From: Macrostomum lignano
Lineage: Eukaryota
Reading direction: 5' to 3'
Assembly (NCBI GenBank): GCA_002269645.1
Contig: NIVC01002168.1
Location: forward strand, 102,556 to 166,555
Length of the DNA: 64,000 nucleotides
Numbering within the stretch: the stretch's first letter is position 1; each line of letters starts with the position of its first letter. The position numbers were made by a program, and so were the translations under genes. The notes under the pieces are model-generated. The model worked only from the letters and a program-made list of their open reading frames with translations, made no database searches and had not been told where the DNA came from. This document shows positions 1 through 13,351 of the stretch, one piece after another.

Positions 1-1416
1 AAGCCTTGACATCCCAGCAATTCCCCATAAGCCTTGACATCTCAGCAATTCCCCATAAGCCTTGACATCCCAGCAATTCCCCATAAGCCTTGACATCCCA
101 GCAATTCCTCATAAGCCTTGACATCCAAGCAATTCCACGTAAGCCTCGACGTCTCAGCAATTCCTCCAATAAGCCATGACATCTTAGAAATTTTCCCACT
201 AAGCCTTGGAGTCTGAGCAATTTCCCGATAAGCCTTGACATCCCAGCAACTCCTCTCATCAGCCTCGACGTCTCAGCATTCCCCCAGCTGTAAGCCTCAT
301 CCCAGCAATTCCCCATAAGCCTTGACAATGACATCTTAGCAGTGAAATGTGTAGCCTTGACATTTCAACAATAAGCCTTGACATCTCAGCAATTCCCCTC
401 ATAAGCCTTGACGTCTCAGCAATTCCCCCGCATAAGCCTTGACATTTCAGCAATTCCCCATAAGCCTAGACATCTCAGCAATTCCCCTCATAAGCCTCGA
501 CGTCTCAGCAGTTCTCCCAGTAAGTCTTGACATCTTAAATTATGCTTCTTTTATGTTTAGCATGATGCTTTTTTCACATGGTGGTCCTTTTTGTAAGCTT
601 TAATCATGAAATGCTAAAATGGTAAATTATTAAAACAAATTATTCTACTGAAATTCGAACATATTCGAAAAATAAGCCGTGACATCTTCGCAATTTCCAG
701 CCAAAGCCTTGAAGTCTCAGCAATTCACCCAGCTCAAGGCAATTCTCGATCCCCATAAGCCTTGACAGCCCAGCAACTCCTCCTATTAGCCTCAACGTCT
801 CAGCAATTCCCCCAGCTGTAAGCCTTGACATCTCAGCGATTCTCCCAGTAAGTCTTGACATCCCAGCAATTCCCCCAGCTGTAAGCCTCGACATCTCAGC
901 GATTCTCCCAGTAAGTCTTGACATCCCAGCAATTCCCCCAGCTGTAAGCCTTGACATCTCAGCGATTCTCCCAGTAAGTCTTGACATCACAGCAATTCCC
1001 CCAGCTGTAAGCCTTGACATCTCAGCGATTCTCCCAGTAAGTCTTGACATCCCAGCAATTCCCCCAGCTGTAAGCCTCGACATCTCAGCAATTCTCACCG
1101 TAAGCCTTGACACCCCAGCAATTCTCCATAAGCCAAGCCTTGACATCCCAGCAATTCTCCCAGCTGTGGGACTTGACATCCCAGCAATTCCCCATAAGCC
1201 AAGCCTTGAAATCTCAGCGATTCTCACAGTAAGCCTTGACATCCCAACTATTCCTTAATAAGCCTTGACATCCCAGAAATTCCCCAATAAGCTTGACAGC
1301 CCAGCAACTCCTCCTATTAGCCTCAACGTCTCAGCAATTCCCCCAGCTGTAAGCCTCGACATCTCAGCGATTCTCACCGTAAGCCTTGACATCCCAGCAA
1401 TCCCCCATAAGCCAAG
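1..1416. repeat. Degenerate minisatellite, ~28-34 bp unit (AAGCCTTGACATCCCAGCAATTCCCC...), interrupted by an AT-rich spacer at ~541-675
   Basis: Core aagccttgacatc(c/t)cagcaattc recurs throughout; ORFs 259-453 and 640-1242 are its translations. Confidence 0.95.
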
Positions 1417-1965
1417 CCAAGGTTATAGAGTATGAGATCGACAAGGTTATAGAGTATGAGATCGACAAGGTTATAGAGTATGAGATCGACAAGGTTATAG
1501 AGTATGAGATCGACAAGGTTATAGAGTATGAGATCGACAAGGTTATAGAGTATGAGATCGACAAGGTTATAGAGTATGAGATCGACAAGGTTATAGAGTA
1601 TGAGATCGACAAGGTTATAGAGTATGAGATCGACAAGGTTATAGAGTATGAGATCGACAAGGTTATAGAGTATGAGATCGACAAGGTTAGAGAGTATGAG
1701 ATCGACAAGGTTATAGAGTATGAGATCGACAAGGTTATAGAGTATGAGATCGACAAGGTTATAGAGTATGAGATCGACAAGGTTATAGAGTATGAGATCG
1801 ACAAGGTTATAGAGTATGAGATCGACAAGGTTATAGAGTATGAGATCGACAAGGTTATAGAGTATGAGATCGACAAGGTTATAGAGTATGAGATCGACAA
1901 GGTTATAGAGTATGAGATCGACAAGGTTATAGAGTATGAGATCGACAAGGTTAGAGTATGAGATT
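1417..1965. repeat. Near-perfect 24-bp minisatellite (GTTATAGAGTATGAGATCGACAAG), ~22 copies
   Basis: Direct reading; 8-aa periodicity (KVIEYEID) in the ORF track. Confidence 0.98.
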
Positions 1966-2255
1966 TGAAATGGAAAAAACAACTTGGCAAAAGTTCTAGC
2001 CGCTGTAGCTATGACAACAGCTGAAGGGTTGAAGCTTTGTAAAGGGCTATAAAAATAAGTGTAATAGTTTTACAATGCAAAAAGTTTATATATTTTATGC
2101 AAGTACAAATGCTTATTGTAACAAAATTACAACTCACAAAGCAATTATGAATGCAACTTCACTCAGCGCAAAAACTGTATAAACCAAATCCTTGAATTTA
2201 GTAAGCCAAAAACCATGCACTTGCTTTGTGTTTATGTCATAAAAAATGGCGTTTC

Positions 2256-2975
2256 AGTCATAAAATGGTGTTTCCGTCATAAAATGGTGTTTCCGTCATA
2301 AAATGGTGTTTCCGTCATAAAATGGTGTTTCCGTCATAAAATGGTGTTTCCGTCATAAAATGGCATCTCCCTCAAATAAAATGGCATCTCCCTAAAATAA
2401 AATGGCATCTCTCGAAAAAAATGGCATCTCCCTAAAATAAAATGGCATCTCCCTCAAATAAAATGGCATTTCCCTCAAATAAAATGGCATCTCCCTCAAA
2501 AAAAAGGGCATCTCCCTCAAATAAAATGGCATCTCCCTCAAATAAAATGGCATCTCCCTCAAATAAAATGGCATCTCCATCAAATAAAATGGCATCTCCC
2601 TCAAATAAAATGGCATCTCCCTCAAAAAATGGCTTCTCCCTAAAAAAAATGGCATCTCCCTCAAATAAAATGGCATCTCCCTCAAAAAATGGCATCTCCC
2701 TCAAATAAAATGGCATCTCCCTCAAATAAAATGGCATCTCCCTCAAAAAATGGCATCTCCCTCAAATAAAATGGCATCTCCCTCAAATAAAATGGCTTCT
2801 CCCTCAAATAAAATGGCTTCTCCCTCAAATAAAATGGCATCTCCCTCAAAAAATGGCATCTCCCTCAAATAAAATGGCATCTCCCTCAAATAAAATGGCT
2901 TCTCCCTCAAATAAAATGGCTTCTCCCTCAAATAAAATGGCATCTCCCTCAAATAAAATGGCTTCTCCCTCAAAT
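2256..2975. repeat. Compound minisatellite: 19-bp CGTCATAAAATGGTGTTTC units, then ~21-bp TGGCATCTCCCTCAAATAAAA units
   Basis: Direct reading; MASPSNK 7-aa periodicity. Confidence 0.95.
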
Positions 2976-4435
2976 GAACTGGCCGGCCCGCCCCATGAAA
3001 ACCGTGGCACCCCAGCACCTGCAGCACCATATTTATACAGTATCGGGTTCCTTTGAAGGCAGGAACACCGCTGGCTTGTGTCGGTAACAGTGAGACATGT
3101 GGCTACTGCATTGAAACTTATTAATTAGTTTTGTGTACGGAGCCAAGGCACAATATAGAGAATTGCGCATCAAGCCGCGTAAGAATTTATAAATGATTCC
3201 TAATAAGAGATTGGTATCAACAGAAATGCCCCGCAGGTAAATGCCAGGTTAATGGCTGAAGAAAAAACATGCCTTAAACTTTGGTTATCAATTTCCTGCA
3301 TTGCTGAGCAATGCCCACCTGATTTTGCGGGATGATTGCGTAATCGCTGTAGCACGGACAATGGTAGTAGGGGCTAGGGAGACCACTCAGCTCAGAATAC
3401 TTGGTGTTAAGCTGCCGAGTTTGAGACTTCTTACGGCCGTCTCATGGGGATTACGGCGCACGAAGTGAGTCGAATTCTGAGACGCATAAATCGCGAGATG
3501 ATGATGATGATGGATTACGAGTGAGTCTATCGTGTTGGTTAAAAACTTGTAAGACACTTCATGACTTCAGGATCTCTTCGATTTAAAAAGATAGCTTTCT
3601 GGGGGAATTAATGAAATCTTATATTTCTTCAGGTCACACAGGAAAAAACTGATGAATTAGGAAATCCAAGGAAATTAACAAAGCAGCTTTAGGGAACTGA
3701 GCTTATATAGGGAGGCGGGAGCTAGCTAAATAATGTACGGTGAAGCTTTAAGTCTCAACTTCCGAAGGAAAATGTAAAAAGGCAAAAAGCTACTTCTAAT
3801 TTATTTTACTTTTTATAAACAACTGAAAAAGCGCTTGATTGGCGTCGCGTGATTCACTTCTTCGCTTGACAAAAAACGAATCTTCTTTTCTTCCTCCTCA
3901 ATTTAAAAGTTTCGGCCTTTACTTTGAAGTCCAAGGGGAAAATTGGCGGATTCATTGGTTGGTTGGGGCTGGGCTTGATGGAAGCTCATCTTTGCGACTT
4001 CCACAAGCCCGTCGCAAAGTTAAGAAAGGTTTATGAAATGGGAAGGTTTTTGGACTTTTTCGTCCAAAGGAAAAGAGCTTTTCTCTTGGTCTGGCCAGCG
4101 AGTCAATCAAAAAAACGACAATGTACATTGCCCTACATTCAGGGGTTGGTGTGAGGGGGTAAGGTGTGGGGGGTTGAGCGTTCAGTCAGACAGATAATTG
4201 GGTGTGAATGGAAATGGGGTGGTGGGAGGCCCGCCCCCAGGCTGGCCAACCAAATTGGAATTGGGGGTGGGAGAGTGGTGAGGACGCGAGGATAGATAGG
4301 GTTCTCTAGCATTTATTTTTTAGGAATAAAAACGAGGGCCAAACGCCCAAAACCATAAACCCAGGCGGATCTCTCGTGTTCTACAAAGTAATAACTCTCA
4401 AACAAAGAAAACAAAGGCCAATATTAAGCAGAGAA

Positions 4436-5322
4436 ATGCCGTCCGAAGGGAAGCCGAAACTGACTCCACTTCTCATTCAACAGCAGCAGCACCGGCAGCC
4501 GATGGATAGCCCAACAGAAGCTGAGGCCTCTAATCCGGCCGGTGCCAATAACACGGAGCTGCTGTCACCTGTTGAGCAGCAGACGATCAGGCTAGGCGGA
4601 AATGCCGCCGCCACATCCGCGTCAGGTGCTGCACCTGCAGAGGCGGACGGCGGCGACGGAGAGGAAGTAGCCGTAGCGGCAGTGCGGCATCGCCGGACCC
4701 GCGGTCGGCAGAGTTTGAAACGGCTGAGCGACATCATGAGCGCCTACATCCCGGTCAACGGGGACTCCGCCCAGCAGCAGCAGCACCGGCAGGACCGGCG
4801 GCCCCTGCTGGAATCGCACCCGGAGAACGATGGCGGTGAGCCAGACCCAGCTCCCAGTGTCTCCATCGGCTGCGGTCCCCGCCTTGTCAAGCTGCTCGAC
4901 TTGGCGAGCCTCTGCTGCTCCCAGGATGCTCCGATCGACCAGTCGGAGGCTGCGGAGCCGGAGGACCCCGGCTGCGCGAGTTGGCCGAGCGAGATCTCGC
5001 CCACGTGGCCGTCTCGGCCGTTGGCGGCTTCGTCTTCCTGGCATTCGCCGATTCGCCCAGCATCTTGCGGCTGCAGCTGCAGGTGTCGCAGCAGCAGTCG
5101 TCTGCCGCCATCGGCACCCCGATCCGCTCCACCCGCGACTGCCGCGTCATCGAGATCGGGCCGCTGCGCAACGGGGCTCGGCTAGGGACCATCACCGACT
5201 TGAAGGTGCGCGGCGACCGCCTCTACATCAGCGCCTGCGTGACCAGGCCTGGCCAGGACGGCGCCGGGGCTAAGAGAGGCTGCGTGATCGCCAGGTGCGA
5301 CCTGGACGGCCGCCCGCTGCTG
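4436..5322 (+). CDS. Exon 1 of an orphan beta-propeller (NHL-like) protein gene; apparent 1-nt frameshift at ~4966-4970
   Basis: ATG at 4436 (MPSEGKPK...). GC-rich coding-like sequence switches from frame 2 to frame 1 at the CCCC run (E-D-P|R-L-R-E-L-A-E-R-D). Ends at a phase-0 CTG|GTGAG donor. Confidence 0.7.
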
Positions 5323-5574
5323 GTGAGCTGTCGAGTCCGGTTTGGCTGATTGATTGATTGCCTGATTGTTAGACTCTTCCGGTATTTTATGGCATTGGTA
5401 CTGCCGAATCAGCGAGATTAATTTCCATGCAGTTCCCTATAAATCTCCATTCATTGAGTGTAGAGTGAGAAATGCCAACTCGACCATCTGAGTGCTTGTC
5501 TGTCTGCCCTGCCCTGCTTTTTTCGCCTTTCCCTCTATTATCTATTCGCACCTGCCATGGCCGTTTCCTAATCT

Positions 5575-5990
5575 CCTTTCACCCTGTCTCTCATTCCCTT
5601 CACCCTGTTTCTTATCCCCTTCGCCCTGTCTCCTATCCCCTTCGCCCTGTCTCCTATCCCCTTCGCCCTGTCTTCCCTTTCACCCTGTCTTCCCTTTCAC
5701 CCTGTCTTCCCTTTCACCCTGTCTTCCCTTTCACCCTGTCTTCCCTTTCACCCTGTCTTCCCTTTCATCCTGTCTTCTATCACCTTCACCCTGTCTTCTA
5801 TCCCTTCACCCTGTCTCCTGTCCCCTTCACCCTGTCTTCTATCCCTTCAGCCTGTCTACTATCCCCTTCACCCTGTCTCCTATCCCCTTCACCCTGTCTC
5901 CTGTCCCCTTTACCCTGTCTTCTATCCTCTTCATCCTGCTCTTATCCCCTTCACCCTGTCCCTTATCCCCTTCACCCTGTCCTTTATCCC
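5575..5990. repeat. Pyrimidine-rich degenerate minisatellite (CCTTCACCCTGTCT...), ~20-22 bp unit
   Basis: Direct reading. Confidence 0.9.
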
Positions 5991-6548
5991 CTTCACTCTG
6001 TTCCTCATTTCCTTTCACTCTCCTCAGTCCCTCCATGACCCCCAGGCCGTCACGTAACAAACCTTCACACTCACACAAAATTTTCAGCTCATTCAGAGCA
6101 CATGCTGTGCAACAGGTGTCGGTCGGAATGTGTGCACACTGCCCTGACCTCCCCTCTCGCCCATTCAAACCGCAGATTCGGAACTCACTAGGAACTCACT
6201 AGGAAGAGTGGAGCAGACACACTGAAAGAAGATCAACATTTTTTTACCTCACTTTCCTTTTCCAACTCTTGCCCTAAACAACGGGCCGCCCAGTTGAAGG
6301 AGTTAAAGGAATTTCTCTCTGAGAGACTATATAGTAGAGGTACCCAAACCCAACTCACTCAGTAGACACGGGCAGTTTGAAAAAACGTGCATTTTGATCC
6401 TACAAGCAGATCTTACTGTTTGCATTTGTACTGTACTGTGCTTGACTGGGAATGAGAACTACTCGTTACTAACTATAAAGTTTACCGCAATGAGTTTTTC
6501 TGCGAGAGTGAGTCATCAGAGTTTTTGCCCTCGCGTGTGCCTAGCGCG

Positions 6549-6844
6549 CATACATGCGCAACAGTCGGCCGAGTCGGCCAATCCGGCCGACCGATTTGGC
6601 GGCCAACCAAGGAAGTCGCAAAAATGCCCACCCAAAAAACACCCAAGAAGTAGTACTAAGTAGCTGACGAGGCATTTTGGCTTAATAAGACAGTCATAGT
6701 TACTCCTGCCGTTTACCCAAAGTTGCGGTAATTTTGCTTTAGGATTTTTTTACATGTAAGTCGCATTTTTGGCTAAAAACTACGTCGCATTTTTGTTAAA
6801 CTAAGTCGCACGGCCGACCGAATTTTGGAGATTGCGCATGTATG
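6549..6844. mobile_element. 296-bp non-autonomous TIR element (MITE; hAT- or P-like)
   Basis: Perfect 13-bp TIR CATACATGCGCAA (6549-6561) / TTGCGCATGTATG (6832-6844). 8-bp direct repeat CTAGCGCG on both flanks (6541-6548, 6845-6852). Subterminal GGCCGAC motifs. Confidence 0.8.
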
Positions 6845-7214
6845 CTAGCGCGGATAAATATTTCCTGTTGGCGAAATTGCTCAGGAATGGCAATCACTGG
6901 CTTGACTGTATTGGTTCAGTATACTTCATAATTGTTAGCTGCATGTGGCTCGCTAACTGCGACATTCTTTCTCTAGCTTAATAGCTAGCTAGGACCGACT
7001 GCTGCTTCTCGGCGCTTGCAAATGCATCTATTTGCGAGTGCGTGTTAACTAACTGGTTCCGCGGTTATTAGGCACCACGGAATTGTTTTCGTTTCGTTAG
7101 TTATTGCTATTTTTCGGATTAGTTTAGTGAGAGGGTGTCGAGCGAGGTGTAGAGGGTGTAGACAGACAGGATGGTAAATAAAGGGTTGTAGTTTGTAGAT
7201 AGTGGGTAGAGAGG

Positions 7215-7805
7215 GTGCATGTGTGCGTGTGGGGTATAGAGAGGGTGTATGGGGTAATAGAGAGGGTGTGTGGGGTATAAAGAGGATGTGTGGGGTATTG
7301 AGAGGGTGTATGGAGTATAGAGAGGATGTGTGGGGTATTGAGAGGGTGTATGGGGTATAGAGAGGATGTGTGGGGTATAAAGAGGGTGTGTGGGGTATAA
7401 AGAGGGTGTATGGGGTATAGAGAGGATGTGTGGGGTATTGAGAGGGTGTATGGGGTATAGAGAGGGTGTATGGGGTATAGAGAGGGTGTGTGGGGTATAG
7501 AGAGGGTGTGTGAGGTATAGAGAGGGTGTATGGGGATATAGAGAGTGTGTATGTGGAGTATAGAGAGGGTGTGTGGGGTATAGAGAGGGTGTGTGGGGTA
7601 TAGAGAGGGTGTATGGGGATATAGAGAGTGTGTATGTGGAGTATAGAGAGGGTGTGTGGGGTATAGAGAGGGTGTGTGGGGTATAGAGAGGGTGTATGGG
7701 GTATAGAGAGGGTGTATGGAGTATAGAGAGGGTGTATGGGGTATAGAGAGGGTGTATTGGGTATAGAGAGGGTGTGTGGGGTATAGAGAGGGTGTGTGGG
7801 GTAGA
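7215..7805. repeat. G/A-rich ~20-bp minisatellite (GGGGTATAGAGAGGGTGT(A/G)T)
   Basis: Direct reading. Confidence 0.9.
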
Positions 7806-8574
7806 AATGTATCTGAGGGTTCAGATAGGTTGTAGTGTGTAGAGATGGTGTAGAGAAGGGTGAAGGAAAAATGAGATGCTTCTAGAGAGCATGTAGAGAG
7901 AGGATGCGAGAGGGCTGTAAAGTGCGTCACAAAGTGTATGAAACGCCCAAGACCCAGCACAGAGGGTAGAGCAGGTGTGAGTCTTTCTGTCTACAACGGC
8001 AAGTGCAGCTGGTTGCTCACACTAGCCAAGCAAAGTGCTTAAGGCTATTTGTTGACGAAAGGAGCCGAGAGCGGCCGGGTTCTGTTCCTCAGCTTACCTA
8101 TAGTGCACTCAAATGCTGTGTAGCAGTGCAGGTGCAAGTGCCGGCCCTCTCACCTGGTCTGCCCGTCCGTATCTCTCAGTACCTCAGTTCGCCTTGAAAA
8201 TCTCTATATTGGTTTCCATAGCAACTGAGTGGAAGTAATTGGGCTCGAGCGGTAGGTAGGACAGAGAGAGTTGGCAAAGGAGCTGATGAAGTATTTAGTT
8301 TAGAGAGAGAAAAGCACATCGAAGACTGAAGTTGAAGAGAAATGGAATTTGCTAATGGTGTATTGGATGGCGAGCGAAGCAAATAATGCGAAATCAGAGC
8401 TCTAATGCGTATGCGAAATTCCCTTGATTTCTGTTGACGCAATACTGCAGCGTGGCGGGTAGTCTAAAACCATGATTTAATGGTCACCCGCTGCCTGTAG
8501 TAGCAAAATTGGATCATTTTTATAGGTGGTGCTATTGAATAGAAAAGGAAGGGACAGGAAGAGGAGAGTGAGAC

Positions 8575-8940
8575 AGAGGTGAGAAAGGTCGGGGAAGACA
8601 GAGATGGGTCAGGAAGAGAGGGAGGTTGGTCAGGGAGAGAGGTCAGGGAGACGGGAAGAGAGGGAGTGAGGTCAGTGAGAGAGAGGTCAGGGAGACAGGA
8701 AGAGAGGGAGGTTGGTGAGGCAGAGAGGTCAGGGAGACAGGAAGAGAGGGAGGTTGGTGGGAGAGAGAGGTCAGGGAGACAGGAAGAGAGGGAGGTTGGT
8801 GTGCGGAGAGAGAGGTCAGGGAGACAGGAAGAGAGGGAGATTGGTGAGGGAGAGAAGACAGGAAGAGAGGGAGGTTGGTGAGAGAGAGAGAAAAGTCAGG
8901 GAGACGGGAAGAGGGGTCAGGAAGAGGTCAGGGCAAAGGA
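8575..8940. repeat. Purine-rich ~40-bp degenerate tandem repeat (GAGAGGTCAGGGAGACAGGAAGAGAGGGAGGTTGGT)
   Basis: Direct reading. Confidence 0.85.
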
Positions 8941-9711
8941 GAGCCAGAGCCTCAGAGTTAGTTTAAGAACAGGGAGAGGTCCCAGACAGATGCAGGAGAC
9001 GGCAAGGCGAGGCAGCAAAGAATCCCGAGAGAATCCCGCAGTCAAACAAGCAGGGTTGGATTCACCTGAGGGATTCGCCTTCCCACTGTCGGTGCTTCCT
9101 CTTCCTATCCACCTTGCAATGACGCAACAGAGGAAGCGCTTGGCTGATTAGACAGTTAGAGAAAATCGACAAGCATCCCAGAGGGCCGTAGCTGCTTTGC
9201 CTTGGCAACAGCAGCCTGCTGCACAGAGCTAGCCTAACTAAAGTGACGAATTGCATCTGCCAAACAGTTTAGTTAAAATGCTGCATCCTGTTCTGTAATA
9301 TGGATGACTTGTAGCTTTTGTTGATAAACAAGTCAGGGGATAGGTTAATTACTAAACTAATTAGGTTTACCTACCCATTATTATTCTTAGGGCAGGTTAT
9401 CAAGCTCATTCGCGGTGTCAACTGCCTCTTCCTTAGCGCTCTTCCGGTCTCGCCAATTCTTCGGAGTTGAATCTCAGCCACTGACTCATTCTCACGGTGC
9501 GCCCCAGCCAGCCTTCTTCCTGCTGTATAAAGTTATTAGCCAGTCAAATGCATTCATGGAGTTTGAGTGCCGATTCGCTAATTGAATCTCTATGGCTCTC
9601 CAGCACTTCCTCTGGGCGAATCAGTCCGACTGTCAGCTGGTGTCTGTTTCTGTCTGTCACCATTGCGCGGCATCTTCTCTCTTAGATGTGGTTTCTGATT
9701 TTTGCATTATC

Positions 9712-10000
<289 letters not shown>

Positions 10001-11549
10001 CCCAAACTAGCTCCAGTGCAACAGCACTTGGAAAAATACCCTCTAACTCCCCACGGACAAACGGCTGCACAACCTGGTATTCTGTGGACATTATTTTCCT
10101 GCTCTCTTCTTTCCATTTCTTTGTTATAAATAAAAAGGGGAAATAAACTCTTGTGCAACTTTCGCCCATCGCATCCCCCGAGCGCGGGGGCAGCCTGTCT
10201 GCGCAAATTGGCGGCGCAAGTCGCGGCGAAACCTCTCAGCATGATCTGCACATCCGACAGCAGGGAAAAAGCGGGTCAAAGCATAGCAGAGGCCAGCAGC
10301 AAAGTCTATAAACACTGAAATTCTAGCGGAAGAACGAATGGCCAGGTCGCCAGAATGAATGGGAAAAGCGGGATTACGATAAGGAAGTCGTGCTGTGCTT
10401 GATGGGATTTTCAGGATCAGGAGAGCAAGGCGGGGCTAATCCGGTTCAGCAAGTGTTTCTTCCCCTCTTCGACTTTCATAGGAGGCGAAATCTTTCTCGT
10501 AGATACGATTGATGACGCGCTCGGGAAGCTGGGGGCTCTGCCGCACCACAGATTTTAGAAAATCGAATTTCGAAAGCAAGAGCATGACAAAACAGAGATA
10601 AGATGCAGTTTAGATTCTGTCAGAGTCGCCTGCGCCATCATTGGGAGCAGTGAAAGTATTGCTCCCCCTGTAGATATGTGTAGATACATATATCTACGAG
10701 CGTACATAGATACATGTAGATCACGGTATTCTCTAGATGGGCCACTCAGCTATTGAGGCTGTGGTTTTGGAACACAGGCGTTTTTTTCTCTGTGCGAGGC
10801 ACTGGTGAGATGACGGAGTTTTAATCCAACTACAAGTGGGGATCGGACGAGCTGCTATAGGAGACCAAATTAAGCGCCTCACCACTGTGATATTCGCTCT
10901 GTAGCCCATCTAAAGAATATAGGCTCTATGCTCCAGGCAGCCTGCAAAAGTGCATTTTTGGACTGGGAATTGCTGAGATTTCACCATGTCGCAAGAGGAA
11001 CCAGTTCATTCAGTCTGTGACTCATTGGGCCCATCAGCCTAGGGTTAAGCAGGAAATTATTTAATATGCAAATAATACTTCGGAGCAACAGGTGCTGTGG
11101 TCTGTGTTTATTTAAGGAGATATGCTGTGCTATCTCTGTATAGTAATAACCAGAGCCTCTGTAATGTTATGGTCAGCGGGCCGCTAGCACACAGCTGCAT
11201 CGGGTTCACACTTCACCGCTTATCCCTTAATTTTCCCGTCCCCCCCCCCGACCCGGCAGCCAAGCGTGGGGCGCTCACCCCGAGATATCGATTGCGTCAT
11301 CTAGGCGCGTATGGAATTCCATGCATGCAGATGCTTCGGGTTCGGGCGCAGCGGTAGGGAGCCACAGGGCGGGTCAAGTGCGTGGCCCAGTCAGCTAGAA
11401 ATTGGGAGATTGATAGCCGCTGTGTGCTTTACTCAGTTCGGAGAATCTGCTGGCTCACCGAATCTTTTATCGCAGATTTCGAACCGAATGGAGACTGTTG
11501 CATGTGCCATTGCTTGCGTGAGCTTGGGTAGGTCCGACTGACCCTTCTA

Positions 11550-12022
11550 GCCCTCTGACAGAACAGGGTGGGGTGTAGCAGGCCTCTGACAGAACAGAGT
11601 GGGTGTAGCAGGCCTCTGACAGAACAGGGTGGGGTGTAGCAGGCCTCTGACAGAACACAATGGGGTGTAGCAGGCCTCTGACAGAACAGGGTGGGTGTAG
11701 CAGGCCTCTGACAGAACACAATGGGGTGTAGCAGGCCTCTGACAGAACAGGGTGGGGTGTAGCAGGCCTCTGACAGAACAGGGTGGGGTGTAGCAGGCCT
11801 CTGACAGAACACAATGGGGTGTAGCAGGACTCTGACAGAACAGGGTGGGGTGTAGCAGGCCTCTGACAGAACAGGGTGGGGTGTAGCAGGCCTCTGACAG
11901 AACACAATGGGGTGTAGCAGGCCTCTGACAGAACAGGGTGGGGTGTAGCAGGCCTCTGACAGAACACAATGGGGTGTAGCAGGCCTCTGACAGAACAGGG
12001 TGGGGAGAAGCAGGCCTTTGAC
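11550..12022. repeat. 31-32 bp minisatellite (GGGTGTAGCAGGCCTCTGACAGAACA(GGGT/CAAT)G)
   Basis: Direct reading; two interspersed variants. Confidence 0.95.
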
Positions 12023-13026
12023 AGGAGCATGAATGTAACGAACAATGAGACTGCAGAGTAGGGCCAACACACTAAGAACTGTCTGTGCATGGCTTCTGTA
12101 TGATGGTATTCAGCAGCACTTCAAAATCGTTAACATTGGAATGAAAATGTTACATCAATATTAACTACCGTCTAACATTAAGCAGAGGAATACCTTGACG
12201 GCTTTTGATAGCGGCTTGCAACCATCTGGGCATAAATCTGCCCCAGCTATCTTCGTTGGGAAATAAAATTCCACGAGGGATAAAGGTTGTCTATATGCTG
12301 CAACGGGCTGCCCAACAGATAGCCAGCTGCCGAGCTTAAGCCTCGATTCACTTCAAATTTTCTGTCCTCCTAAAATTTTGCTCGCCACGGCGCAATTTCA
12401 ACCAGTTTTGCTGCCAGGTGAATCGCGCGCGGCTTGTTGTTGGGGTGTGGATACTTTGCGGGAAATTATTATTCCCCCAATCAAAGCACTTTTGAAAGCG
12501 GCGAGTCGCGCAGAAATGGTTTGGCGCAGCTGGTGTCGAGGGGAGGACCTGACAAACAAATCCAGTTTTTCGTCAACATTCGGCAAGGGTTCTTCAACTT
12601 CAATTTTTTGCTTGGCGAATTTTTGCAATTTTTCAATTTTCGAATTGAGATGGAATAGTTTCTATTCTTTTCATCCAGTCAAAATTGTTGTTAGTTGATG
12701 TTTCTTAATTTTTTAGTAAAATCGTCAATTTCGTACAGACTACTTATAGGCACCAGTTTAAGTAGCTAGTTTTGAGCATAGAAACTATAGTAGAAACACT
12801 ATGGATGACCTCTAGAAAGGAACGCGAGGCAAGGCTCCGGGCGAAGGCATCTAAAATTGATCCCAGTGCTCAATTTAAGGCTCTAAAGGAAGACCGCAAA
12901 GCACGAATCGATGCGAATTTGATTGAATTGTTAAGCGAGATTATTTAGATTTCGCAAGGATAAGAAGCAATGAATGTTGTTTAGTTTTATTTGAATCACT
13001 GCTGAAATTCGCCATTCCCTGGCCAG

Positions 13027-13341
13027 GTGTCCAAGGAGCTGCCCTATCCGAAGTTCCTCGGCTTCGACGTGGACAGCGGCGGCGAGCTGGTGGTGGCCAG
13101 CCAGTCTCCCCCGGCCGAGGCCCAGGTGTTCCGCATGAGCAGCGACTTCCGGCGGAAGCTGTTCAAAATTCAACTCGGCGGCGGCAGCGGCGGCGGAAGC
13201 GTCTACAAGCCGGACTTTGTCGCCTGCATGTCGGGCGGCAACACCTGCTGGGTAGCCACCGAGCAGCTGCCGGCAGCCGGCCTACCACCCAGGCACCGCC
13301 TGCTGTCCTTTCCGCTGCGCCCGCAACAGCAGGAGCAGAAG
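13027..13341 (+). CDS. Exon 2 of the orphan beta-propeller gene
   Basis: Phase-0 CCAG|GTG acceptor continues ...DLDGRPLL|VSKELPYPKFLGFDVDSGGELVVAS... Probable AAG|GCGAGC donor at 13342 (alternative TGG|GTAGCC at 13252). Confidence 0.7.
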
Positions 13342-13351
13342 GCGAGCTTTG

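Noticed and set aside
1364-1990. Long ORFs on both strands (KVIEYEID / SISYSITL repeats)
   Set aside because: Translations of a stop-poor 24-bp tandem repeat; the plus-strand start is TTG inside another repeat; no coding evidence
9420-9470. RIGETGRALRKR on the minus strand, reminiscent of a GIY-YIG endonuclease (Penelope-like)
   Set aside because: Lacks the preceding Tyr and the upstream GIY/CxxC context; too short to support
12398-12628. 76-aa minus-strand ORF inside intron 1 of the propeller gene
   Set aside because: No recognisable domain and no clear splice sites; could be decayed TE sequence
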